From assembly GCA_052279835.1 (NCBI GenBank), contig CP181291.1, positions 2,880,001 through 2,944,000 on the forward strand: DNA of 64,000 nt. The letters are read 5' to 3'. This document shows positions 54,101 to 62,269 of the stretch, in pieces. Position numbers and translations under genes: made by a program. Position 1 is the stretch's first letter. Each line of letters starts with the position of its first letter. Source of the stretch: Microcoleus sp. Lineage in GTDB: Bacteria > Cyanobacteriota > Cyanobacteriia > Cyanobacteriales > Microcoleaceae. Below the pieces are notes generated by a model. That model did no database searches and was not told the DNA's origin. It worked only from the letters and a program-made list of their open reading frames with translations.

Positions 54101-55193
54101 CTGCAAATAAATCAGGCCGATGCTCTTCTATCCAAGCATAAAGTGCAGGAGTTGAATGACAGAAAATTAAATTAGGAAATTCCGATTGTAACTTCAATGC
54201 CGACTCAAAAGTCCGTTGTGCCGCTTCCCAAGTTTCAGCAACAGGCCACAACCAAGCCAAATCCAAATGAGCATGACCCACTAAATAAATTTTACCTTTA
54301 TATATAGAAGATTTTCCACTACTTTCTCCTATATATATAGATGTACTCTCATCACTTTCTGCCCTCCCAAAAACCCTCTCTCTTCCACCTCCCTCTGTGC
54401 CCTCTGTGCCCTCTGCGGTTTCAACCTTTAAACCATCCTGAAAACCTCCCAAAAATCCGAGCAAGTTTTGCCTTAAACTAGAAAGCGAACGATCGAACTT
54501 TTGTCGATCGCCCACCACAGACCAATCAATCAAACCCACCGCCAATTCCACTTGAGATTTTAGCGTTTCCCCCTTGACAACCAACCCACCATGGACTATA
54601 TTTTTAGTGGGGGAGTATTGGAAATTTAAATTTGAGAAATTACCAGACAGGGAATTTTGCAAAATCTCCAATTCATCAGCCACAAAACCAGGGTCAAAAC
54701 AAACAGAATCAGCAGCTTCATACACACAAACTGACTTCACCAAAGCACCCGAATCGTGACCAGGACTCACCAACCGCAAAATTACTAAAAATTCATCTCC
54801 CGGAAGGACTGAGGGACTGAGCAAAAGTCGCACCGCACAATCAAATAAATCTCCGACTCCAACTAACTCTCCATTCACAAAAATCTGAACATTGTCGGCC
54901 CACCAAGTCAAGCTCAACAGCAAACGCAACCCCGTCACAGGATAGGCTGACAAACTTGCAGGAACTAAAAAATTTTGTCCCAAATAAAAAACTTGTTTAC
55001 CAGCAGGCCAAGCAATATGTCCTTTATGGTTAAGTTCGGCAACAGGCCAGTTACAAATATTTACCCCCTGGACAACAGCCAAGTCGGAGTCGCAGTACCT
55101 CCAGCCAGACTGCGCATCCCATCGGGTGAGGCGACGCAACCTTTCGACAACTTCAGAAATATTATTGCTAGCAGATGACACAGAAGCACTCAT
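51075..55193 (-). CDS. GH38 alpha-mannosidase with internal repeat insertions
   Basis: GHAHLDLAWLW, WLPDTFG, GVGDHGGGP, ELYLEFHRG, NQFHDILPGS. Confidence 0.93.
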   Translation of the reverse strand: MSASVSSASNNISEVVERLRRLTRWDAQSGWRYCDSDLAVVQGVNICNWPVAELNHKGHIAWPAGKQVFYLGQNFLVPASLSAYPVTGLRLLLSLTWWADNVQIFVNGELVGVGDLFDCAVRLLLSPSVLPGDEFLVILRLVSPGHDSGALVKSVCVYEAADSVCFDPGFVADELEILQNSLSGNFSNLNFQYSPTKNIVHGGLVVKGETLKSQVELAVGLIDWSVVGDRQKFDRSLSSLRQNLLGFLGGFQDGLKVETAEGTEGTEGGGRERVFGRAESDESTSIYIGESSGKSSIYKGKIYLVGHAHLDLAWLWPVAETWEAAQRTFESALKLQSEFPNLIFCHSTPALYAWIEEHRPDLFAEIKKQVVAGLWEVVGGMWVEPDLNLISAESMVRQVVYGQRYAQEKFGELMRVVWLPDTFGFGWQLPQILLDGGVDYFVTQKLRWNDTTEFPYGAFWWEGLDGTKIFSMMSGPIGENIESVKMANHLFDWQIKTGLQSAVWLPGVGDHGGGPTRDMLEVAKRWELSPFFPRLEFAKAVDYLALIESQFSPEVSQSQADVSMRDNSAILKQGESGNSAAVESANLGKVSQSQADVSMRDNSSAAESANLGKASQSQADVSMGENPAILKQAEIGNSAAAESANLGKVSQSQADVSMRDNSSAAESANLAKTSEFLVDVSMRDNSAAVESANLAKTSQFLVDVSMGENPAILKQPEIGNSRAAESANLGKVSEFLVDVSMGENPAILKQAEIGNSAVAESANLGKISQSQTDVSRLPLLPLWKDELYLEFHRGCYTTHADQKRYNRRCEELLYQAELLSSLATICAGAIYPKSELEIAWKKVLFNQFHDILPGSSIAQVYADANLGWAEVDRTCRAMVLTSLDAIATQISLPSPPQPDAQPILIFNSLNWARSEVVSLPLPDSAATTWAIYDLSGQRLTTQIQQCDRPQPQSTLLFFANNLPPVGYRVFWLCPEAAETLENSSPLPENYNQTWLGDVTTTMTRNEGICQETDFVPPIMLLENEFIRVKVDSETGNLSSIWDKLNDREVLNESGGNQLQSFQDGGQYWDAWNIDPNYAKYPLAAPILKDITWISQGEIRQSLRVVRQIGKSEFYQDYIVEIGSPVLKIKTVVDWQEKHVLVKAAFGLNVEADLATCEIPGGAIERTTKPQTAAEKAKWEVPILRWTDISNDDFGVSLLNDCKYGCDLQPNQIRLTLLRSSTWPDEQADIGIHEFTCGVYPHRGNWQDAGTVRQGYELNLPLLVKVFPKLEGNHHRTLPTVGKFLDLSADNLVLMAFKQSEDHANLWILRCYESQGKEARLELESDLSLAISQSVDLLEQPTTLPEKSEDGKGFQISPWKIASFSIRRRSKAS
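52869..53534 (-). repeat. In-frame coding tandem repeat: four 105-bp units, three 72-bp units and one partial unit
   Basis: Peptide units such as KVSQSQADVSMRDNSSAAESANLG (24 aa) and KASQSQADVSMGENPAILKQAEIGNSAAAESANLG (35 aa); 222 aa in total. Confidence 0.93.
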
Positions 55194-55251
55194 ATTTCGC
55201 TAAGATTGAGAATTAGACAGAAACAAGGTTTAATCAACCTCAAATTAAATT

Positions 55252-57240
55252 ATGTCTTCAAGTAACTACGGTGGTCCGTACCAAAGCCGACTATTAAAAT
55301 TTATATCCAAACAGTCCCGCCAAGTTGCCGAAAATTGCGATCGCACTTGGCGACAAGTTAAATCCGCAACGCTTAACACTACCCAAATTCTACTTTATCC
55401 AGCATACTTGGTGGTGCAAAGTTCGCGAATGTTAGCCAGACAACTGCGGGAATCAAGTCAAAAAATAGATTTACCAGAATTGCAGGAATTTGCAGGAAGA
55501 GAAAATCTCAAATTTTCTCAAAATTCATCCTCAAATTGGTGGGATGAGGAGATAGGCGCAGAAAGTGCGATCGTAGATATTGTGCACATGGCTGAAAATA
55601 TACTCCTCCCATCGCAAACAACGACAAAATCCGACAATTTATCCTTTGTAATTCCAGCCGAAAATTTGCCCGCCCCAGTCACACCAGAGGCTTTAGGGGC
55701 ACAAACACACTTTACCCGAAACCTGGCCAAAACTCCCAGGAATTTAGTTTTAGAACATCAAGACACAGAAACTCCAGCAACCGAAATTTCCATCAACAAT
55801 GGCGCAGCCGTTAACACCACACCAAAAGTTCGGGGAATTGCGACTTTTTTACCAGCCCGCAGTTTAGTATTGGTGGGAGCAGAAAATCAGATTTTAGATA
55901 TTTTAACCCAAGAACAGCAAGAACTCTTGGAAGGTCGCATAACTTGGGAAGTCGCCAACTCCGGGCCAGGGCGACGAGAAATTGCCAAAAAAGAATTAAA
56001 ATTTAATCTCGGCTTAGAAGAGGCTGCGGCAAAATCCCTACTTCCGCCAGTGCGCGGTTTTTGGCAATTGATGGCTTGGGTACAAACAAGTCCCTTGGCG
56101 CTGAAAAGAAATCAGTTTGGAGAATCAATCCTGGCGATGAAAAAAGCCATTAATGCCAGTGCCGATCGCCATTTAATCATAGCTCAAGCCGATAGAGCGC
56201 CAATCACCGGAGTCAAAACCGATCGACCGGCAATTACCTCCGCCAGTGCGCTAGACTACCATACATCAGAATTAACCACAGATTTTTACACTAAGTTCGA
56301 TCGAGCCACCAATCCTCTATCCTTTGTCACATTACTCGATCGCGCCGCCGTCAACCTCGAAGACTTCACCATTCCCCAAGTATCAAAAATTACTTGTGAC
56401 TTAACAGACAGCCCGCCAGCCCAGATAGAGCCAACAACCGAGAAGTTGAGCCCAAGCACCCGCTCCATAGTTGAAAACTACGCCAAAAGCATCGAACAGA
56501 TGATTTGGTCATCAGTAGACTACCTCCTAGGCAAAGAAACAGCAGCCAGCGATAATACAGAAAAATCTCTAGCAATCAAGTATTCTTTGCAACAAAGAAG
56601 TGTGGAAAACACTGAAAAAACCGAGACCAAGGGCGATCGACCTTGGCTAAATTGGCAAGACCTATTTGGAGAGCCAGCACCACCATCCCTAGACCAAGTG
56701 CCACAGCCAGCCCCAGAGCAAATAACACAAATAAGCACAAAAGTCAAGCCCGAAAATAGGGAAATCGAAAAATTGGCTCCTGGTCGATCGACACCAAAAT
56801 CCCCATCACCATACCCAGAGGCAATTCAAAACCTGCTCGCCCAACTCAAAAGTAGCATTAACATAAAAGTAACAAAAAGTCAACCCCAAAAAACATCTAA
56901 TTTAGAAAATCTTCAAAAAAATAGCAGACAGAGCAACCTAGAAGCATCAACTCAGATCCAGACACAGAAAACTCAACCAGAAACAGTAACCACCCCTGAA
57001 CTCGGCGCAACCCCCAGCAAATACATCAGCATCACCAAAGAAACAGAAAAGAAAAACCCAGAGGAACAAGCACAGGAGTGCTTAGAAACCACAGCAGAAT
57101 CAATGGGATACATCAAGCATCCCCTAGAACAAGTGCTAGAATGGCTCGATCGCATCATGGTGCGACTAGAAACAATAGTCGAACAACTGTGGGAATGGGC
57201 AAAAATCAACTTCCCAAAAATCATCAACAGCAAAGATTAA
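55252..57240 (+). CDS. Conserved cyanobacterial hypothetical protein
   Basis: 662-aa ORF; ordered-looking termini (GPYQSRL; YIKHPLEQVLEWLD) around a low-complexity middle. Confidence 0.78.
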   Translation: MSSSNYGGPYQSRLLKFISKQSRQVAENCDRTWRQVKSATLNTTQILLYPAYLVVQSSRMLARQLRESSQKIDLPELQEFAGRENLKFSQNSSSNWWDEEIGAESAIVDIVHMAENILLPSQTTTKSDNLSFVIPAENLPAPVTPEALGAQTHFTRNLAKTPRNLVLEHQDTETPATEISINNGAAVNTTPKVRGIATFLPARSLVLVGAENQILDILTQEQQELLEGRITWEVANSGPGRREIAKKELKFNLGLEEAAAKSLLPPVRGFWQLMAWVQTSPLALKRNQFGESILAMKKAINASADRHLIIAQADRAPITGVKTDRPAITSASALDYHTSELTTDFYTKFDRATNPLSFVTLLDRAAVNLEDFTIPQVSKITCDLTDSPPAQIEPTTEKLSPSTRSIVENYAKSIEQMIWSSVDYLLGKETAASDNTEKSLAIKYSLQQRSVENTEKTETKGDRPWLNWQDLFGEPAPPSLDQVPQPAPEQITQISTKVKPENREIEKLAPGRSTPKSPSPYPEAIQNLLAQLKSSINIKVTKSQPQKTSNLENLQKNSRQSNLEASTQIQTQKTQPETVTTPELGATPSKYISITKETEKKNPEEQAQECLETTAESMGYIKHPLEQVLEWLDRIMVRLETIVEQLWEWAKINFPKIINSKD

Positions 57241-57323
57241 ATTCGCTAATCTTTGACATATGATAAAAAAGTTGCACCAGCAACAAATCACTCAGCTCGA
57301 TCGCATTCTTGGAGACTCCCACA

Positions 57324-57440
57324 GTGCTAACCCTCAAAATCGTAGTTAATATAGTTGTCCTATTCTTTGTTTCCCTGTTCATATTTGGATTTTTGTCCAA
57401 TGACCCAGCTCGGAACCCCAACCGCAGAGACATGGAATAA
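57324..57440 (+). CDS. psbI: Photosystem II subunit PsbI (38 aa); not in the ORF track
   Basis: GTG start after [42 protein letters not shown]. Confidence 0.97.
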   Translation: MLTLKIVVNIVVLFFVSLFIFGFLSNDPARNPNRRDME

Positions 57441-57840
57441 TCGCCATGTCGGGTTGCACCGGAAAGACTGTTGAGAGTGCAAAGTGAGTCCAAAAACTAA
57501 AAATTGTACTTAGGTGTTGGTAGCCACTTGACTCAACCACAGAAATCCGATGCTAGCGGATTGGATACAAGCGAGCAATCCATCCAGCATATGAGGGGCG
57601 GGCCACAGCAGCCCCTGCCATGAACCCACAAACCATCAAAAATTAGTTAAAAAAACTTAACCTCGCTGGTCAGTGAGGTTATATTGTGGTGAAAGCAAGT
57701 TCTAACAGCAGCCAGCATCCCAAGCAGCGCAGCCACTGCAAATTTCAGACATCAAATTTCTGTTTAAAAATTTATAGCAACCTAAATAGGTAACTAGGAC
57801 ATTTTCAATTGCTCAAACCATTGATTTTATTGCATATTCG

Positions 57841-57900
57841 TTCTTCCTTCTTCCTTCTTCCTTCTTCCTTCCTCCTTCTTCCTTCTTCTTTCTTCCTTCT
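57841..57900. repeat. Heptamer tandem repeat (TTCCTTC)n
   Basis: Directly visible just upstream of ATG 57910. Confidence 0.9.
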
Positions 57901-57909
57901 GCTATAACT

Positions 57910-60483
57910 ATGCCCTATCCGGTACCGCCACCAGAACCCCCTGCCATCATCAATATCACAAAGCCCAAAAAAGTCGCCCTCGCTGTGGCGGCAAGTGATA
58001 GAGACACCCGCAGCAACTCCACAGAACCACCGGAACCAAGCCCAGCTCTAGTTCTGTCAGAAGCAAAACCAGCCACCGAACCAGCACCCTCCGCCAGACT
58101 CCTGGACCCAACCGCAGCAGCAGGTCAGCCTTCAGAAATCGACGACCCCCTAGCAGCAGTGGCAAACGGCACAGCAGAGTTGAGATTTCAAAATCCCACT
58201 CCCTTTGTAGAAACCGCAACCAGGGGAACTCCCAAAGACTCTTCCTTTACTACTTATCATTTTGCACCGCCACAAAATCACCTTTCCGGTAGGAATCCAG
58301 CAGCAACCCCAGAGGCATTATTGACTCAGAAAAAACCGGGGGAACCAGAACAACCATCCGCACGGGTTTTAGACCCCGATGAAAGCAGTTATCAGGCAAA
58401 GGGGCTGCAACTAGAAGATAAGTCACCTCCTGAACCCCAGGATATTCCAGTTCCCGAACCACCCCCGGAACCAACACCAAGCGGACAACCACAGTTGGAA
58501 ATTCCGACTCCGGGTACTGCCCCAACGCCCGGAACACCAGCAGCCCCAAAACCGAAGCCCAAACCAGGCCCAGCCCCAGGAGTCCGCACCCCACCTTCCC
58601 AGCGGACGGTACCTTTTCCTGTGAATCCGGCAGATACGATTGAGGTGAAAGCAGACAGTCAGGAGTTTGATGACAAGCAGCAAATTGTTACGGCTATTGG
58701 CAATGTGGTGGTGCGGTTCCGACAAACGGTGATTGATGCCGATCGGGCGATCGTCAATTTAGTCACCCGCCAAGTGATAGCATCTGGCAATGTCGCCTAT
58801 ACCCGCGGCCAACAAGTAGTCCGTGGGGAACGGATGGAATTTAATCTCGGTCTCAATTCCGGTGTTGTCGAACAGGCAAAAGGTGAACTGTTCTTGCCCG
58901 CAGCAGGTAGCGAGTTAACGCCCACACTCCCCACTGATATCAGTGCTGGGACGATTCTCAATCAGCCCCTGAGCGATCGAATTACCAGTCAGCAGCCAGT
59001 GCGCGGAGTTCGCTCCCCCGGCGCCGCTACCTTTACCCTCGGCGGTGGCGGACAGGGCGGACAGGTGTCCACACCCCAAATCACTGGGGCCGTTAACCGC
59101 GTGCGCTTTGAAGCAGAACGTCTGGAACTGCGACCCGATGGGGTGAGGGTGGCTACTAATATTCGGATTACTAATGACCCCTTTTCTCCGCCGGAACTGG
59201 AATACCGCGCCAAGACGGCGACGATTAGAAGGATTTCCCCCACGGCGGAGGAATTGGTCACAACTAAACCTCGTTTGGTGTTCGACAACCGGGTGAAAAT
59301 ACCTGTGTATCCTCGCCGACAGGTGTTTGACAGTCAGCAGCGCAATGGCCCGTGTTTGACCTTTGGCTTCGATGGTGGCGATCGCGGTGGTTTGTACGCT
59401 GAGTGCGCTTTAGATGTACTGCAAGCAGGGCCAGTCAGGCTGACTTTGACTCCCCAGGTTTATCTTCAGCGGGCGATCGAAAAACACGGCGGTAGCCCCT
59501 TTTCCCCCGATAGTTATGGCCTGAAAGCGAAGTTGACGGCGGCCCTGGGCCCTCGTACTAGACTCGACGGTTCGGCAATATTTCTCAATTTTGATAATTT
59601 CCCGAATCTAGCTGAAAATGATTTTCGGGGTAATTTGCGTTTGCGGCAGTCGATCGGCACTCACACTCTGGTGGGGGAATATAGCTATCGCGATCGTCTC
59701 TTTAACGGTTCTCTAGGCTTTCAAACCGTCAACAGCAGCCTGGGAGTTGTTCTCACTTCCCCAATCATCCCCCTGGGAAAGTCTGGCATTAATCTCAGTT
59801 ACCAAGCCGGTTATCAATTTATCAATGCTGACACCGACAGATTTGACTTGCTCGAACCTGTGAGGGAAAATAACCGCATCGATTTGAGCCGCTTACAACT
59901 GAGCGCCGCCTTAACCCGCGACTTTACCCTATGGCAGGGTAAATCCCTCCCCCGCACTCCTACCCAGGGTTTGAAGTATACGCGGACTCCCGTGGTTCCT
60001 TACGTGAAACTGGCTTTGGGTATCCGTGGTGTTGGGAGTTTTTATAGCAGTGACGATCGACAAAATTCTCTCGCCGGCAGTGTCGGCATTCAAGGGCAAT
60101 TCGGTCATTTCTCCCGCCCTTTCCTCGACTACACTGGGTTTAACGTGACTTACACTCAGGTAGGACGGGATGGTCTATCCCCATTTTTGTTCGATCGCCT
60201 CGTAGACGTCAGAATCCTTTCCTTTGGACTTGTCCAACAAGTTTATGGCGGGTTTCGAGTCGGAATTCAAAGTGCTATTAATTTAGATACCAAGGAAACC
60301 ATTAGTACAAATTACACTTTGGAATATAGTCGCCGCAGTTATGCAATCATTTTACGTTTTAATCCCGAACGTCAAGTCGGTAGCCTGACTTTTAGGATTA
60401 GCGACTTCAATTGGAATGGCACTCCAGAATCTTTTGGTGGGGATGTGCGAAGTGTAGAAGGAGGGGTGCGTTTATCCGATTAA
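57910..60483 (+). CDS. DUF3769 / LptD-like outer-membrane protein
   Basis: MPYPVPPPEPP start; OstA-like ADSQEFD..TAIGNV; ITNDPFSPPELE; C-terminal RISDFNW. Confidence 0.82.
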   Translation: MPYPVPPPEPPAIINITKPKKVALAVAASDRDTRSNSTEPPEPSPALVLSEAKPATEPAPSARLLDPTAAAGQPSEIDDPLAAVANGTAELRFQNPTPFVETATRGTPKDSSFTTYHFAPPQNHLSGRNPAATPEALLTQKKPGEPEQPSARVLDPDESSYQAKGLQLEDKSPPEPQDIPVPEPPPEPTPSGQPQLEIPTPGTAPTPGTPAAPKPKPKPGPAPGVRTPPSQRTVPFPVNPADTIEVKADSQEFDDKQQIVTAIGNVVVRFRQTVIDADRAIVNLVTRQVIASGNVAYTRGQQVVRGERMEFNLGLNSGVVEQAKGELFLPAAGSELTPTLPTDISAGTILNQPLSDRITSQQPVRGVRSPGAATFTLGGGGQGGQVSTPQITGAVNRVRFEAERLELRPDGVRVATNIRITNDPFSPPELEYRAKTATIRRISPTAEELVTTKPRLVFDNRVKIPVYPRRQVFDSQQRNGPCLTFGFDGGDRGGLYAECALDVLQAGPVRLTLTPQVYLQRAIEKHGGSPFSPDSYGLKAKLTAALGPRTRLDGSAIFLNFDNFPNLAENDFRGNLRLRQSIGTHTLVGEYSYRDRLFNGSLGFQTVNSSLGVVLTSPIIPLGKSGINLSYQAGYQFINADTDRFDLLEPVRENNRIDLSRLQLSAALTRDFTLWQGKSLPRTPTQGLKYTRTPVVPYVKLALGIRGVGSFYSSDDRQNSLAGSVGIQGQFGHFSRPFLDYTGFNVTYTQVGRDGLSPFLFDRLVDVRILSFGLVQQVYGGFRVGIQSAINLDTKETISTNYTLEYSRRSYAIILRFNPERQVGSLTFRISDFNWNGTPESFGGDVRSVEGGVRLSD

Positions 60484-60544
60484 TTAAATTAGTTATTGGT
60501 GATGATTTATTGTTATAAATAACAACTCACCCTAAACAATCACC

Positions 60545-60608
60545 AATAACAACTAACAAATAACAACTAACAACTAACAAATAACAACTAACAAATAACA
60601 ACTAACAA
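60545..60608. repeat. Heptamer tandem repeat (ACAACTA/ACAAATA)n
   Basis: Directly visible; related repeats at about 61320-61385. Confidence 0.88.
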
Positions 60609-61277
60609 ATGACAGAAGTGACGGCAATATCTGCACAAGCAGCAGCTCTGCTGGTTCACTATGGTTTTGACCTAGGTGGCAAAAAAGCAGAAAAATTGGC
60701 GGGCGAATGGCTGACTAATTATCCCAGCCACTGGCTCCGTTTAGCAGTGATTGAAGCGCTTTATCAAGGTCGTTACAAAGCCGTTTCTGTGGCACAAATA
60801 TTGAGTATGTGGCAGCGTTTGAACCAACCTGTATATCATTTTAATGGCGAGTTTGAACGCTTAGTTTGCAGCAATTTTCCTCAAGAATTAATGCTGGAAA
60901 GTGATTTTAAGTTGTCACAAAAACAGATATTTTCACCGAGTCCAGAATCTGATTTAGATGAGCTAGAACTAGATTTACTTCCGACTCCATATGTTGAATT
61001 CGATCCCGTCGATGATACAGAACTATCCAAAGTAGAGACTGAGGAAACATCAGAATTGTCCGCAGTCAATCGCACCAGGGAAAATGCAGAAGTTGTAATT
61101 TATGAAGATTTGGCAGTAACTGCTGTGGCAGATAAAGCCGAAGCTGATATTTCAGTCGCCTCGCAATTGGTTGAAAAATCAGTCCCCATCGTCAAACATA
61201 CTGATTTTCACTCCAAGTTAAAAGCTATTGCCAAAGAAGGCCGCATAAAAAAGGGAGAAAGAAGAAAAAAAGTCTGA
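60609..61277 (+). CDS. Conserved cyanobacterial hypothetical protein
   Basis: WLRLAVIEALYQGRYKAVSV..IL..W...HFNGEFERLVC; C-terminal FHSKLKAIA. Confidence 0.8.
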   Translation: MTEVTAISAQAAALLVHYGFDLGGKKAEKLAGEWLTNYPSHWLRLAVIEALYQGRYKAVSVAQILSMWQRLNQPVYHFNGEFERLVCSNFPQELMLESDFKLSQKQIFSPSPESDLDELELDLLPTPYVEFDPVDDTELSKVETEETSELSAVNRTRENAEVVIYEDLAVTAVADKAEADISVASQLVEKSVPIVKHTDFHSKLKAIAKEGRIKKGERRKKV

Positions 61278-61390
61278 TACGGGCCTTGGGAAACTGGGCG
61301 AACCGAACGGGAGGAATTGGTTATGGGTTATTCGTTATTGATTATTAGTTATCATAAATAACAAATAACAAATAACAAATAACAAAATTC

Positions 61391-61903
61391 TTATTTTTTG
61401 GGGGCTGCTCCCATCCGAATTTCTGAACAAAAAGAAGCTTGTTCATTACCGTTAGCTTCCTTGACAACACTAGTACGCAGTCGTAGGTTGGGGATGAGAT
61501 ACCAGAGGCGTTCTTCGGCATGGATAGTTTCAGATTCCGTAATCAATGTCAGCACGTCATCACTGCCCATCACGTAGCGAGTATTGCCCTTGTCTTGGAG
61601 CACTTTGCCTTCCCTGGGATTGTCGGCATTGGGTAAGACCGCTAATATTGTAGAACCGATTTGTTTTTGCTCAGTGCGATCGGGAGTACCCTCCCAACTC
61701 ACCCTAACGCTAGTTAAGCCAGTGGAATTCGGATCGATCGAGTGCTGTTGGCACAGCTTCACGACTGCGGGTTCGGTAGCCGTCAGTATTTCTATTTTGA
61801 GCTCAGATTTGCCAGCCTGCAATTCCCCGGAATTGAGATAGTGTACGGTGCGCTGGGAAAACCATTTGCCTGCACTTAGCTCGAAAAACTCGATAACATC
61901 CAT
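61391..61903 (-). CDS. CpcS/CpeS-family phycobiliprotein lyase
   Basis: FFELSAGKWFSQRT, EERLWY..PNLRLR, ASFCSEIR. Confidence 0.9.
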   Translation of the reverse strand: MDVIEFFELSAGKWFSQRTVHYLNSGELQAGKSELKIEILTATEPAVVKLCQQHSIDPNSTGLTSVRVSWEGTPDRTEQKQIGSTILAVLPNADNPREGKVLQDKGNTRYVMGSDDVLTLITESETIHAEERLWYLIPNLRLRTSVVKEANGNEQASFCSEIRMGAAPKK

Positions 61904-62269
61904 GAATTTTGTCTCTGAACTCAATACTTCTCTATTTTGTATATTTTAAAGGAATGGGTAACACCTGCAAAGCTGTCAAGGAATTTTCAGTTTGAAATTA
62001 ATCAGATAAAGTAACCGTAGAGGGCGCTTTGGCCACAGAAAATAGCAGGGATAGCAACAGAGGGACAATCATCCTGTCAGGACGAGCCATTAACAACAAT
62101 CAAAAAAATAAAATAATGATATAATTCTTAATTACAAAGACGGGTGCCATACCAGTAGCAAACAGAAATTAAATATGTCATGCTAACCAAAGAGACAAGT
62201 TTCTCGATCGTGTTTTTAGCAAGGTGCAGTTAGCGATCGCATACATTTGACAAAAACATCCAAAAATTT

